From: Trichoplax adhaerens
Taxonomy: Eukaryota > Animalia > Placozoa
Assembly: GCF_000150275.1 (NCBI RefSeq)
Contig: NW_002060947.1
Location: forward strand, 2,593,740 to 2,657,739
Direction of reading: 5' to 3'
DNA: 64,000 bases
This document shows positions 1 to 13,997 of this stretch, piece by piece (within the stretch, counting starts at the first letter, position 1; each line of letters begins with the position of its first letter). Below the pieces are notes generated by a model, which was given only the letters and a program-made list of their open reading frames with translations, ran no database searches and was not told where the DNA came from. A program made the translations under genes and the position numbers.

Positions 1-1586
1 CTTCAAGGCACAGTTCAGCCAAAGCCATTTAGTCCAAATCCTCTTCCTAAACCAAGATCTTTAACGAGTCCTTACCCAATATCAGATAGCTCCGATCGAT
101 CGCTTTTTTTTGCAGAACACGAGAAATCGAAGGAAAAGATCATTGAAACAGATCAGAAGGAAACGGCCAAATCAGTTAAGGAACAAAGTCAAAAGCAATG
201 TAAAAATTTGTTGTTTCTGGAAGCGAAATCTCTCAACTCTTCAACATTACATCTTAAGCGAGGTGTCGGTTCACAATCCGAAACTTCCTCACGCGATGGC
301 ATGTCTTCCACAATTGTGAGTCGATGAATTATAATTAGATGATAGATTTTTAATTACATTTATTAGACAAAGTTTATAGGGCATGAATGAATATCATATG
401 ATATGATTCAAACATAGTAAAATTAATTAACAAAAATATTTAGAGCAAAGTAGGATCTTAAGTTAATTAATTAATTAATTAATTAATTGCTAATTAGCTA
501 ATTTTATATTTGTGTGTACTTAATTATACTGCGTACTTAGTGTTTAACACTCGATTCAGTCGATTTTATATAATGGGTTATTTTCCTGCACAGGAAACGA
601 AATTGCAGTCGCCGAAGGATTGTTCAAATACATTGAATGAAAGTAACTCAAAAAATAGCAATCAAGAATTAGAACTTGGCAATTACTGTAATACCTCTAG
701 TTTCGGTGATTATAACGGAGGATCGGAGGTATCAATTACCGTCCCAGAAACATTGGCAAAGCTACAAAAGTTGTCCTCAAAGAGTTTTTCATCCTCATCC
801 AGTCAGCGAGATAAAAATAGTTTATCATCGTTGAGTAATCTTGGTAAAGAATCTGGCTGGCCAGGTAAATCTCGAGTTAGAAGCTTTACTGCATCGGAAA
901 GTACGAATCGAGAGCGAAATATCAGTAGAAGCAATGGACTATTAAGTAAGATAAAGACTTCATCAGGTATTATTTAACAAACAAAAAAGAGAATTCCTGT
1001 AGGTAACGCAGTAACATACATTGTTCTGTCTTGTTTTAAGTATACCTTATACAAGCAAGTATTTAGTAGTTAATGTAACTATAGCCTACTGGATACGAAT
1101 TATGTACTATTGCTTGAAATAAAAGGAGCTTAATCATAATATTGTCTAGCATGCAAGTATAGATCAATGTAATATAACCTATTTTAATCAATGACTAGGC
1201 GATGAATTATTGGTGGTCGATAAAAGAAAATGTGATGACAATGATACTTGGAACAGTAATTCAACTGACACTGCAAAGAAGGAGGGGAGCATACGACAGA
1301 AGCACTTTTTACATAGTGATCTTCATCAGAATGCAGGACTAAAGGTAAAATATTATAAACGATTACGTATTATTAATAAGTATAAAGTGATTCAGCTATT
1401 GGTCTTACAGATATTATTATTTTCTTTTCAAAACTTATTTTTGAAGAAGTTATAACTTGCTTAATTCATGTTTAACTTAATATATTTCTAAAGAGGGATA
1501 AAGCAGAATTTACTGGTAGTCCGAGATTGCTAGCGCCAATTAACAGGCCAAAATCACGAAGCTTCTCTGGAATAACTCTAAGATGA
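1..1586 (+). CDS. 3' exons of an unidentified Ser/Pro-rich, probably disordered protein (gene starts upstream of the window)
   Basis: Four phase-compatible GT-AG exons: 1-315 (LQGTVQPKPFSPNPLPKPRS...SSTI), 594-966, 1199-1344, 1494-1586 (RDKAEFTGSPRLLAPINRPKSRSFSGITLR*). No domain recognised. Confidence 0.7.
463..488. repeat. (TAAT)n / TTAATTAA microsatellite in an intron
   Basis: ttaattaattaattaattaattaatt seen directly. Confidence 0.8.
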
Positions 1587-3791
1587 AGTTAAAATTCGAT
1601 TTGGCGTAGTCATGATACTGTAGATAGTCTACAAATCAAGTAAAGTATAGGCATTTTCCGCTAGTAGTAAATTGATCTCACGCATATATCATACGGCGTT
1701 CTGTAATAGTAACTTCTCGCCTGAGAGTTTGAATGCCTGATAGAAATTTTAATATTAAATTTGACGTTTTAATAATTTAAATGATGTAAGTATTGCTAGA
1801 TATCTATCAAATGTTGACGCGGTCATAAAAGTATGTAAGCTTTGTGCAGTACAATAACCCTGTATTCAACCTCAACTTTTAGTATGATCGTGGTGTGGCT
1901 AGGAAATTTACTAATTTTATTCGCAAATTAAATAGAAAATTGAAGTATTGTCGTAATGTTCAATCTTGCTAGCTTCTGATTTATCTGAATTGGTTGAATT
2001 GAGTCCGCTAAAAGTGTCACGATGAAACCGGGACGTAAAATAAATATCTAAGAACTTGGCAATGTGTATTTTAAATGAATTATAGATTGCTACAGGTCGT
2101 TAACTTGTATATTTATTTTAGCTGCTTATGATACGCGTAAACTAACCATTGAATTTAAAATGAGTATATAGTTAATGGTATAGGCATAAAATAGGTGCTT
2201 GTTTATGATCGATTACTGTTGAGTTTAAAGGATTAAATACGATACATAAGTTCATTAAAATATATCATAAATTTCGTATATGTTAAATTGGTAAGCTGTG
2301 TGGGGATAATTCAGTCCAATCTACCAATAAGTTACAGTAAATAAAATCATCATAGTTACGGTTGACAAAACTATAATGTACTCGCATTCAATACCGTGAT
2401 TTGTTAGTCATCACTTTGCCGAGTTGGAAAAATTTTGAATACTTGTTTGATCTAACATGTACTGTAAGCGTTATCATGTTAAATTACGGAATCACAAGAA
2501 TCTTTATCAATCTGGTACTTCGACACTATGGAAAGCCTAAATATACATTACAGTACATAGGATTTTACAACTTTTCAACTACAAATAATATTATTACCCC
2601 TTATATTTATTGTTTTACACAATACATAGCGATCTCGTCACTTTGCTGGTGTTGAGATTATAAAATGCAATATATGAAAATTTACGATTCTTTTATGCTT
2701 ACAGATTTGCACCAGCAAACTATTTGGTTTTACTTCATGTATAGTATGCTATTTAGTGAAACTTACGACTTAACAGTATTAATAAGTATTCCATATGATT
2801 TCGGTACGGTGTTAATTATTTAGATAATCGAAAAAACTGATAAGGTTACTAGATGTAAACGTTCTCAAACGATAGCTTACAAATAATAACTGACAAATAA
2901 GAGGATTATAAAATAGCGTGGGTATTCATTGTATAAATTTTTTGGAATAATGCTTAATTTGCACATATTATGCTAATATTGCTTTGCACATCTTTATTTA
3001 AAATAGCCGCACAATTCTATCCATACCTATTGTGCATCTAAGTTAGTCGCACTATATACACACATTATATAGCTATTACATCTATTCATAATCATATCTA
3101 GCTACGAACACATTTTTGATTCAATAATTTCAAACTGCAAGGTTTTATACTGAGTCAAGTAATTTGTAAATTCTTGTGTATAATGATAGCTTATTACTTC
3201 TGGAAAATTAGCCTGGGTAAGGCTATGGCAATCAATCACGAGCAAGTCCTGTACTACCTTTAGCGTAACCTATCACATGATCCTTTCAATTAATGGAATT
3301 TCTGTCAACAAATTTCATTACCTATTAGCGGGTTTATAATATTTTTATCATGAAGAGTTATTTAACTCTTTCAAACGGCTTATGAGCAACAGTATTACAT
3401 CATATGCTGGTCCTAACATTAAAACATTAAAGGAATGTACTTCTGGGATATCTTGACGGGATACGATATATGTAAGTATTTACTCAAATTTTGAAGATAG
3501 AATTAGGTCTAAATATATTTGATAGAGGTTTTAGAACGTAAAAATGAACGTGTTACAGGTAATAAAGTAATCCTTGATCTATACATTGACCCAAGCCATT
3601 GGTAATACACATCGATAAATTTCATATTAAATTCAGATTTCAGTATCTTAGTAGCAATTGGATTTAACTTTGCGAGCACCATGTTGTTAACGAAAAAAGA
3701 GTCAGATAACATTTAGAGGTTGATTTAAGTTCCGCGGGAATACGTCCATCAATCGTAACAATATAATTAATTTCTGAAGTGATCTTTCCGA

Positions 3792-6700
3792 CTAATCTTC
3801 AACTTGTCTAGTAATTTCTTCTTCCGCATCTGATAAATCCCAGATCTAATAAGAAAATCAAAATTAACAATCGATTACGATATACAATTTATAAAATTCT
3901 TAAATATATCAGGCCTATTACTGAATGAGCAACATTACATCATCTGTGCGACATTCCTCATGCATTTTCGTGAGTCCTGTTAGATCCTCTAAATATGTTG
4001 GAGAGTTGAATGCCTTAAGAAGAAAGGAAAATCCATCTTGCAAGTAGCTTTCTAGAATCTGTGTAAGGATGGTAATTTGTAGAATTAATAAATATAAGAA
4101 ATACTAATTTAAATTATGATGGATATAAAGCAATATTTGTTAACCACAGAGGAACAGGCTGTACATGAACTGAAAGCTCGATTACATGGCAGAATTTCTT
4201 GGAATCGCGACAAGAATCCACGAATCTAGTGTTACAAGTATTTATTATGATGATATAGTGACCTGCTATTAAAATAAGTGAATAGTAATGCGTAAATTAC
4301 TGTACTGACCTGGTGAGGAACTAAGCCCAAAGGAGAAAGGGATGAGGATGATACATCGGGATGAGCAATGCCTGTTTCTGCAGGAGCGTATTGTCTAGAA
4401 GTGATTATAGTCAATAAAAATAAGCCAGCGGTTTAATATGCGAGTATAACTGACAAGTTAGTACATTTGAGTGCATATACAAGTATATAATATTGGTACT
4501 TTACCCAAATGGATGTTGCAAAACACTAATTAGTAATTCCACCGCTAAAGCACTTGCGATCATTGACACGCCAGGTCTTGAAACAGTGCATTGTTGATCC
4601 AGAGTCCTATCATATGTGGACTAAGAACAGTATATTTCCATCAATAACAATGGTAAAACGAAATGCGTAACTGCACTTATATAAAATATTAATTTATAGT
4701 TGGCTAATAAAGAATTAAAATGCAACAGTGACTTTAGAAGTATACATCGAGCGTACATTTCCTGGTGCTACCACATCATTACAGAAGTAGCAGCCAAGAT
4801 CAGCTCCAGGTATTATTGCAGAAGAATCTTCAAATTGGCTGTCATCAACAGCAAATTGTTGTCTGGAATGATCACCTTTATTAGCTCCATGTCTCATTAC
4901 TAAAAATGTATCAAATCCGAGTGCAGCATTGATGACGATCTATCATAAATAATAATATATATATATGAGATGCTTGTATATATTAAAATATCTTATAATA
5001 AAAAGTTTCATACCACCTTGTTTTTGGCCTTTGCTATTACAGTTGGCAGCCATCGGCTTTCTCTGGTATCCATGAGGAGAAATATAGCGTCATGACAACT
5101 GATTAACTGTTCCAGTTTTTCAATATCCTGTTTAACGTTGTTATCTGTAAGGGTTTAAAACAAGATATTTAAGGTAATCTCTAGCATCTTATTCATAGGT
5201 TTTATTTATATCAGGATATCATTACCTTGAGGGCTAACGGAATGACCCGGCATTGGTATTGATATAGAGTATCCCGTAGAGTTCTACGCATTTTATTAAT
5301 TAAATTTTTACGTCTTATGCCATAACTTTTAGCTTTATGATAATTTTAATACAGTTAGCATTACAAATTTATCTAGAGGTCAATTGCCTATCTGCTGTGA
5401 CGATGAAATTATCAGACCGTATTCCTAACGCAATTTAGAGTACAGTATGTACAGAGCAAGTTACCGAATATCTCTCGTACTCGTATAAAATATAATTATG
5501 TAGTCGCAATCTTACAATGCTAGGATTAATTTGTTTCAGACGTAGCGATGCAGTTTCAGCTTTTGGCCGGCCTCCTCCGATAGAATCATCAAAATAGTAT
5601 AAAGTCTGACGAACAGGGTTAGAATATGAAACCTTGCCATTATCAATAAATGAAATATTTCTAATTCCCCAACCCTAGGTAGCATTTTGAATTAAAAAAG
5701 AAATTAGTATTTAAGTTGCTGCCATCGAGATTCTATGTAACAAAGGTAATTTTGCTTCTAGATACTACATGCTACGCTGTATATAAATATCAGAGCTGCA
5801 GCAAAGAGATATCGTAATAGAAGTTACCATCAAACATCGAGCAACATTACACCCTAATGTTCCAGCTCCAAGTAGTAAACATTTGGTCTGAGCAATCTTT
5901 TCCAAGTCCAAGGACGGCATTAACCGCCATCTCATTAACTTTAGATTTAAATCAACAGCCGATTCTGATAATCTGTACACACGGCAGTATGATGTTTTTT
6001 AATGAAAACAATATCCAAAAACAATGGGGAAATTAATTTCAGTTTTACTTAGTAGGATCCAAGCTAGAACTTAGATTTATCATTCTTGGTCCTAATTTCT
6101 GGCGTTTATTCTTTTCCCAACCAATAAAGGCAGGAATATCTGTAGTTACTCAAATTGAGTAATTAAATGAAAGTTTTCATTAGTCGATATTATACTAAAT
6201 TTAATTAAGATGACTCTAGAGAAATTTATAACTGACCTTGTAGCTTATTCAAAATTTTTGGTATGAAAACCGTAAACGTGATACTATGGGAAATGCTCCG
6301 TGCTCCTTCTCTTGTTTTATCTCTTAAGCATATAATCTGAACTCTATCGCCGCTTTTTTTCCTGAAAATTTTAAGTAGAGAATTTAAAACAGAAAGTAAA
6401 AAAAATGGCTTCGTTAATTTGGTAATTGTTCTAACCAATGAGTTCCGATCAAGATTAACAAGTTTCTTAAAGGCCATCCAGGATTAGTATGTAAAGTGCT
6501 TGGATCACACATAACAACTGTTGGCTAATACGATATAAAAGTAGGAGTCCATCAGTAATTGTGGTTATAAAGCTACAGTACACCTAAAGCTGGCTACTGA
6601 TTGACTAAAAGTTCATCAATTACACGTATTTTAGCTATAGCAAAGAATCAAATTTTTACAGCGTGATAGCATACGATTCAGTCGCAAAAGCTGATTAAAC

Positions 6701-9048
6701 CTACTATCTCAACTTCATCAAAAAAATCTCCCCATTCCTTTAAGCAACCTAATTTGACGCTTTGCCCATCAATTTTCTTAAGTAAGAAGAAAGGCATACC
6801 TAAAATAACAAGGCATAATTCATAAAAAGGCTTGCATTACTCAGTACGGTCTAATATTGATACTATTGGCTACATAGTCGTAGTTTGATCTCTTGAATGG
6901 TATCAGGATCGAAATTGTTATGAACATTGGCTATGAATAATAATCCCAAGGTATAAAATACGCACTTAATAAATGTTACCATACAGAAAATGTGTTGATT
7001 AAGAAATACAAATCAAACAAAATTGATTTCGATAGAAGAGTACAGTAGTTTCAAGGTATGAGAAGTAAGGGAATAATTTATTATAGCTACATACCTAAGT
7101 TTTTAAATACAGTTACATATTCGCTTAGCAAGCTTTCAATCTACCGGTGATCATAAGTTAGTCAGAAAACTATTTAGAGGATTAATATATTTACTTTAAC
7201 TAGAGCAAAAAATTGATTAATACAACAGAACGATTTTATGATGACATTAATAGTATATCATAATACAAATTGGATTGTTCGATGTTTACCTGTGCATTAG
7301 ATAACAAAGAATCAATAGGCTTAGAAGGAGTAGCCCGAAAGTCTTCGACAGGCTTCACAACAGGAAATGCAAACCAGTAATAATACTGATATTTCTTTAG
7401 ATCCTGGTATTAAATATGAGAAAATTAAGGCGGAATCATCGTAAATCAATTTTAGATTTTAAAATCAATTATTCACAGCAATCCGTAAATATAGAAGCTA
7501 ACCGTAAAAGTTAAAGCTAAAAATTGTGTAAGTAAATAGGGATTCTCAATCGATCTACCAGATTTTATGTCTTCCCAAAGCTGTAATTTAGATTACGTGT
7601 TATTACAAAATCAGCACCATCTACGCATATTTTCTCAGACTACTAGAAATTATCTGAAAGTGATACCAAACCTATTTGAGCAATGGAATTATCACCTGAA
7701 TACCCGCTCTGTTTAATAATTCAAGCTTATCACAGTCTTTGAACGTTTCAACGGTATTTTTAACAAATAGGTGTCCGGTACAATAAAAGTGATTTGGATG
7801 TTGATTCAGCTTGCTTAGTTAAATAGCATATAAGAATTTTTAGAACAATTACCGAATCAAGAGATATCATTCATCATAATTAGATTTATTACTGCAACGT
7901 TTAAACATTTAGTAGTTAATAAAAGCTGATATAATGCGATACATAGATAAACGGATCGTCTGAGAATTAAACATGCCTAAAGAATAGCATATTTTAATTG
8001 TACCTGTTGAAAGCTTCATAGTCTACATTAAATCCGCACGATAAAGCTTCTGCGTTATCTAAGTATAAGTAAAAATAGTAAGCATCTGGTAAAGAACTAT
8101 TTTTATTGTTTTACGATCAAGCCATTAAAGGGAGTCCTGCTACGTAGTATGTGATGTTGCAGTAAACTTGGAAGTATTAAGAGAAAATTAAGTTATCATT
8201 ATAGCTCCCTACATTTCTACTGTGTATCCGTCATTCAGATCCGTACTTTACTATAATATTAACGTACGGCATGCAGTACCTAAGTATATAATTTGGGCAA
8301 ATATAAAGTAGAAATATTCCAGATACTGTGTAAGTGTCTTATTACAACTTCAATATGGCGTAATTTTCAGTGCTTAAGGAGAGATAACATATTGCTAGCA
8401 GCTTCATAATAATTAATCTATGACGTAAGGGGAAAGTCCTATATACGCCTTTGCGTTTTGTAGTCATACAGTACTTGACATTTATGATCATATCATGATA
8501 CTAGTCTCCCTAATAATATAAGCATTATTAAGGCCCCTGCATGTGAGCTGTTTCTATTTGCATCATAGTCAAATGTCCTAGGTTGTAAAACTCTAAGGGA
8601 TAACTTCAAATAATCAAGCTATATTATGTATGTAGGAATTAGTAAATGCAGCCTCACCTACTGTGACTCAGAACGAGATGAGATCATTTACGAGTATGTC
8701 AGAAATACGTACCTCTCTTTAATGTAAAGAGAGATACTATCAAGTAGTGTACGTTTGATCAAGTATGGCTGACTACCGAAAAGGTAAACGATATACGAAC
8801 TCCATGCGTAAACTTAGTCATTAATGTGATATACGTTACATTAACTATTTAGTGTCAACAAAAAGTTGTAGCTTATGCTCTACAGTAGTATGCAGTTTAC
8901 CATTTCTATAATAGCCATGAATAACTTGAGCATCTTCATCCAATTTGAGAACATTCAATTTGTAAGAACCTAATTTATGCCAAAATCCGGTATCAACTCG
9001 AGATTCAAACGGCGCAAATTGTAATAACGTTACTTCCGATGAATCCAT
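3792..9048 (-). CDS. ATG7: Ubiquitin-like modifier-activating enzyme ATG7 (multi-exon)
   Basis: N-terminus [26 protein letters not shown]; [19 protein letters not shown]; nucleotide-binding [15 protein letters not shown]; [13 protein letters not shown]; catalytic [14 protein letters not shown] (~4575-4612); C-terminus [17 protein letters not shown] (stop 3792-3794). Confidence 0.97.
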
Positions 9049-9130
9049 GATGAGCCCAATCAAGTAAACGAGAATGTGATTATCAAGGTGACTAAGACTA
9101 TAAAAAGCTTGAGTGGATTTAATTTTGAGA

Positions 9131-9264
9131 CTGCACTGTACGGTAGGTAGTGTATCGGTGTACAGTACAGTGTACTCACCGAGTGTACTGTACTGTACAA
9201 GTACTGAGTACAGTACTATACAGTACAGTGTACAGTATGTGGTACATACAGTACTGTACTGTAC
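9131..9264. repeat. (GTACW)n pentamer array in the ATG7/NOL8 divergent promoter
   Basis: Dense tacagtacag / gtactgtactgtac units between the ATG7 ATG (9048) and the NOL8 ATG (9382). Confidence 0.9.
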
Positions 9265-9381
9265 TTACTCGTAACGCAATGACCATTTGTCAACCTGCGA
9301 AAATTGAGGAAGCCTTCTTTTCGATCGTGCTTTTTATGTTTAAGTATTTTGGATGTAGTGTGCAGATAGTGATTCATAACT

Positions 9382-12300
9382 ATGCAGATCGAACGTCGGG
9401 TATTTATTGGCGGCTTACACCAGGATGTCACGGAAGATGATATCAAGAGATGTTTTCGAACATTTGGTGACATTAGAAATGTGGAGATAAAAGTAAAAAC
9501 TAATGCGTCTGGTAAGCAAGGTTTATGTTGTTATGCTGTACTGTACAATAGTACATATGCTCGTCGATAATGATATGCTATGGAAATGCTTTAAAGTTTA
9601 ACTATATTTGTTGACTATAAGTTATAAATGGTAGTAACAATCGTTTGCGAATGCAAGAAGAAACAAAAACTAGTTTTAAAATTTATACAGTATAACAAGC
9701 AGTAATCATTCGATGATCGAACACCATAAATACTTCTTGCAGGTAAAGCTGTAAATTATGATATAAAAATGTATGGATCAATTTAATGCGATCGCTAATG
9801 TTCTAGTGTAGTATCTGAACCCTGTTTGCAACGATTTGGAGAGTGTCTGCGCAACAATTTCCCGGGGCCTAATGCAGTGAGTAGTAGTCCGAGTACATGT
9901 ATACTTGAATTGCTGTAAGGTAAATCGAAAGATACACGAAGAAGTCAAAAAACTGACAAGAAAAAATTCTGATTAATTATAATTTCCATGTTAACTACTG
10001 TTACATTTATCATAATTTCTCGATGGAGCTGTACGGTATTTATTATGGGCAACTGCGTGTACCGGTCTGACAATTTTCAATTGAAACTGCTCTCTAGAGT
10101 AGAGTATCGGTCTAGTGTACGTACCTTATAGCAAGCCTATGCACATTTCAGTCTTGTCAGTAGTGCAAAATTACCATGGGCTCTAACGGTTTCTGCACTG
10201 TCCATTAGTCCCGATAATTTGTAATTATATTTTACTATATACCGTTGAAATCGTTATTCAGGTTCTGTTTTAAATATTATTGTCAAAAAATAAAGTAAAA
10301 TAGCTATTTTAGCTTTGAGCGTAGCTTACATTTTACTTTATTTTGTGACAATAATGTTTAGAACAGGTTTCTGAACCTGAATAATGATTTCAGTGGTATG
10401 TAGTTAAGCATAATTATAAATTGCCGGGAACTACTGTTCATTCAGAGACTTCAACTTCCAAGATACTCATTTCGCGTGTTTTATTTCATTTATTGTGTAG
10501 GTGGTAGACCTAATACTTTTGCATATTTGGATATTAGTATTACGGATAAAAACTTTGAGCGATGTTTGTCTACTTACAATAAAGCAAGATGGAAAGGAAA
10601 CCATATGCGCCTTCAGCTAGCAAAGGATAACTTTCTATGCAGGTATTTCATTATATCATTTATGCTCTATGCAGGGACGACTTAAGTTTTTTAGTAGTCC
10701 CTAATATATGTATCAGTGACTGAAGATACATTAAATTCCATTCTCCTACAATGAAATGCAAATATACTGTATTGCACTGTATACATTCCCAGGTTTATTT
10801 GCGTAGAAGAGAATTATTAGTTTTTACGCTATATATATCTAATTATAATCTATATACGCGTACGTGTAAGTTCTGAGCTATCAGGCTACGATAATGATAT
10901 AGTGCTGTGTTAATTTCTTCGTGTTCTATTGGTTAATACCGTAGTATGATTGCTTGGTAAAGGTTTGCTAATTCTAATTCTAATTATGTGCGTAACTGTA
11001 CGAATATATTTGGGTTTAACCGTTTGGGGACTACTTAATTGCATCGTAGATTAAATAGCGAAAGAGACGATATCAAAAAAACATCTATTGCATGCGAGTC
11101 TGACCACCCGCAGAGAGTGGTAGCTAGTAAAGAAGGCGATGAGACTGGCAATACCTATGATCGCTTATCACCTGGCCTGAAAATGCATCGTAAGGATAGA
11201 AAGCATGTAATAAACTGTAGCTTTGAAAAGGCGCAGAATACGCGTATTATCTTCGACAATGCTCGCAGCACTGACTATGAAAACAGTCTGCGTGATATAT
11301 CAGTCATTGAACTAACCTGGAACATAATCAAAACTGCAAAAGGTACAATCAATTATTTTAAAACTTATTATAACGTAAATTTTGTGATTAAGATCTCGAA
11401 TTAGTTGGTAGAAAAACATAGCTGGCCAGGTTCATGTTGCTATACAATTCGATCTAACAGTCAATAAATCTAGCTAACAATGAATCATTCTTTACTTGGT
11501 GATGTACGATTACTGTACACTGTACATATGAGTAATGTGTATACTGTATACTTTGTTTCTGACAAACTAAGTATTCGTTGTTCTGTCATAAATTCTGGAA
11601 AAATACTGATACTGTAATGTTGACGTAATTTATAATTTCAGGTTTAGAGGACAAATCATTTGATCATAATCATGAAACTCCTCGTGAGAGCAATAGTAAT
11701 AGTATTATAAACAAATACAGGAAAGCGAGCGTGTTGTCAGACGATAAGCTGATATCACGAATGCCCCATACAGTCACCCTACAAAGTGACGTTAATGGTG
11801 AAGAACGTATTAGCGCTGAAATTACCCAGGTTTCACAGGTTCGCTATAACATTTATACTGTGCTCTATAGTTGATATTACTTGACATCATTTAGTTTCTA
11901 GGGTATTCAATTAAATACCTCTGGCAAGTTTGGGATTAATAGCCACCTAGAAATTCATGATGAAGTAAAGGAGAGTACAAAGGTTGCTGAAAAGAATATT
12001 TTTTATATATTTAGAGGCGTATTTATTAATTTTACTCGAAATCTATAGCCAACTGTAGAAGGAAGGATACCTTTATTTGACCATAGTTCTGACGAAGAAT
12101 CGAATGATAGTGATAGATTTAAAGTTAGGCCTCATCTTGAAGGAAATCGCGGACAACGGGTGATAAAATTTAAAATTTATTTCTTAGTATTCAACTACTG
12201 ATATGCGTATGCGTTAATAAGTACAATGATTACGAAATCGGCATAAAAGCTGTTAGATCTTCAAAAAACTTATCATGGAGATGCAAGGTTCAAACTGGAT

Positions 12301-13643
12301 GACAGATTTCTTGAAGATGACGTCAATTCTACCTATTCACATGAGACATCTTCAGACGCCCGTGATGCAATGTATAACGACGATAATGGTACATCACCCT
12401 CTCATTTTAAAAATGAAAGACAGCAAATGCTCGAAGTTCTGCAAGGCATGGTTGGGAATATTGCTTTTACGGGTGTAACGTCAAATGTTTCGTCCGGAAG
12501 GTTGATAATATCATTTAATTTTATGTTTTGACAATGAGAAAGAAGCATACTGCGAGTTTTTAAGCATTTAATATTAAAAGAATTTTAGTTACTGTTTTAA
12601 GTTTCTTGTATGCTATCGTAATGATATTTGTCCGATATTCAACTTTTTATTAATTAGTAAGAAGATGAAAAGATATGATCCAAATGATAAAAGTCATTCG
12701 ATTTACGAGTTCAAGAAGGAAGAATCCACGGATATGCAAAATATACAACAAACGTACGTTTAGAAGTCCAATTTACTTACCTTTTCGTCAGTTATAGTGA
12801 TTTTCACTAAAGGATCATGATATTAATGAAACTATCGATCATGGTAGCAAAACAGACCTGAATGATAATATCGCCGAAAAAAATCAATCGAGTCACAAAT
12901 ACAGTAACGTTATTCCGTCTCTTGGAGAGTACTTCAGTGGAGGCTCTAAAGTAATATAATGATATCTCTTTTATGCGATTACCGTTTTGAATAAATGTCG
13001 ATGATCTTAAGGTTTATTTTGTATGATATTTAGGCGGATACAAGCCCATTTATTTTTACTTCGGAAAAGGCAAATCGATCATTCGATGACGCAATGCATG
13101 TAGTCGATTCCAAATTAGATGAATTTAGTTTGCGTGACATAACCAATGAAGCTAATCCGCAAAATAGTGAATGCAAATCCTCAATAATCAGTTGGTCTAG
13201 TTGTGATGAAGTCGAATGCTCCGAAGAAAACGAAAGAGCTCAATCACCTACTATTGAAACAAAAGTATGCGTAGTAGGGCCAAAAATGTTTTTTTGCATG
13301 CATGAAGATTGGACTAAGTGCTCGCGGTTGCGTGGTATGTAGCAAGTATTTCTTAACTGAATGAATTGTACTACTTATTAGAACTGAATGCAGCTATTCC
13401 ATTTATTAGCGGGTATTGCAATATTTAAGCGCACCGATAATTACGATAAAGTAAGAGAAGATTGGTTGCATCGACGAAGCTTTCACTTAAAGGTCACCTT
13501 ATTATAATATTTTATGCATCTATATCTAAGTCATGCAGTTAGTGAAAAATATGCCATATATTAAATAGGACTTCAAAAAGAAACATAAAGATGCCGTAAA
13601 AAGACATCGGAAAAGACTGCAGACAAGAAATCTGTTACATTGA
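9382..13643 (+). CDS. NOL8: Nucleolar protein 8 (N-terminal RRM; multi-exon)
   Basis: RRM RRVFIGGLHQDVTEDDI...FAYLDISITDKNFERCLSTYNKARWKGNHMRLQLAKDNFL; internal GNRGQR|LLDLQKTYHGDARFKLDDRFLED; C-terminal DFKKKHKDAVKR; stop 13641-13643. Confidence 0.9.
10206..10433 (+). repeat. Long imperfect inverted repeat (hairpin RNA or MITE-like) in NOL8 intron 1
   Basis: Arm 10206-10306 aligns to the reverse complement of 10322-10433 with 13 substitutions and 3 indels; 15-nt loop. Confidence 0.9.
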
Positions 13644-13997
13644 TATTAATATACTTTTACGTCGAAACTATTAACCTGTAGCTTTAATAATACATTGTTG
13701 TATATGCGTAGATGAATTATTTTATTCTGATCAATTTTATAACAGTATTTTCGGACACCAATCTACTGTACGTCAGCATGCAGGCATGCAAAAAGATGAA
13801 TATGATGCAATTGCGCTTACAAAATATTGAAGTTAATTTCTCCATTAGTACAATCTAAATTTAAAGAATTTTTCTTGCATTATTTCGTGCAGAAGCCTAC
13901 GACCTATGTGGCTAAGCCCAATATTTACCTTATTATTGATATGAAAAAATGGTTTTAATGAGTCTATTCTTTAAGTTATAATTATTGAACAGTGAGA

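Noticed and set aside
2401-3712. Short ORFs between gene 1 and ATG7 (also 27867-28115, 30353-30571, 41072-41323, 62936-63562)
   Set aside because: AT-rich, I/L/Y/F-biased chance ORFs in intergenic or intronic DNA, with no domain or splice support.
9150-9473. ORFs rich in YSTVQ/YCTVL (also at 16598-16993, 36327-36919, 43760-43999, 57921-58203)
   Set aside because: Translations of the stop-poor GTACW repeat in promoter regions, on both strands; not credible proteins.
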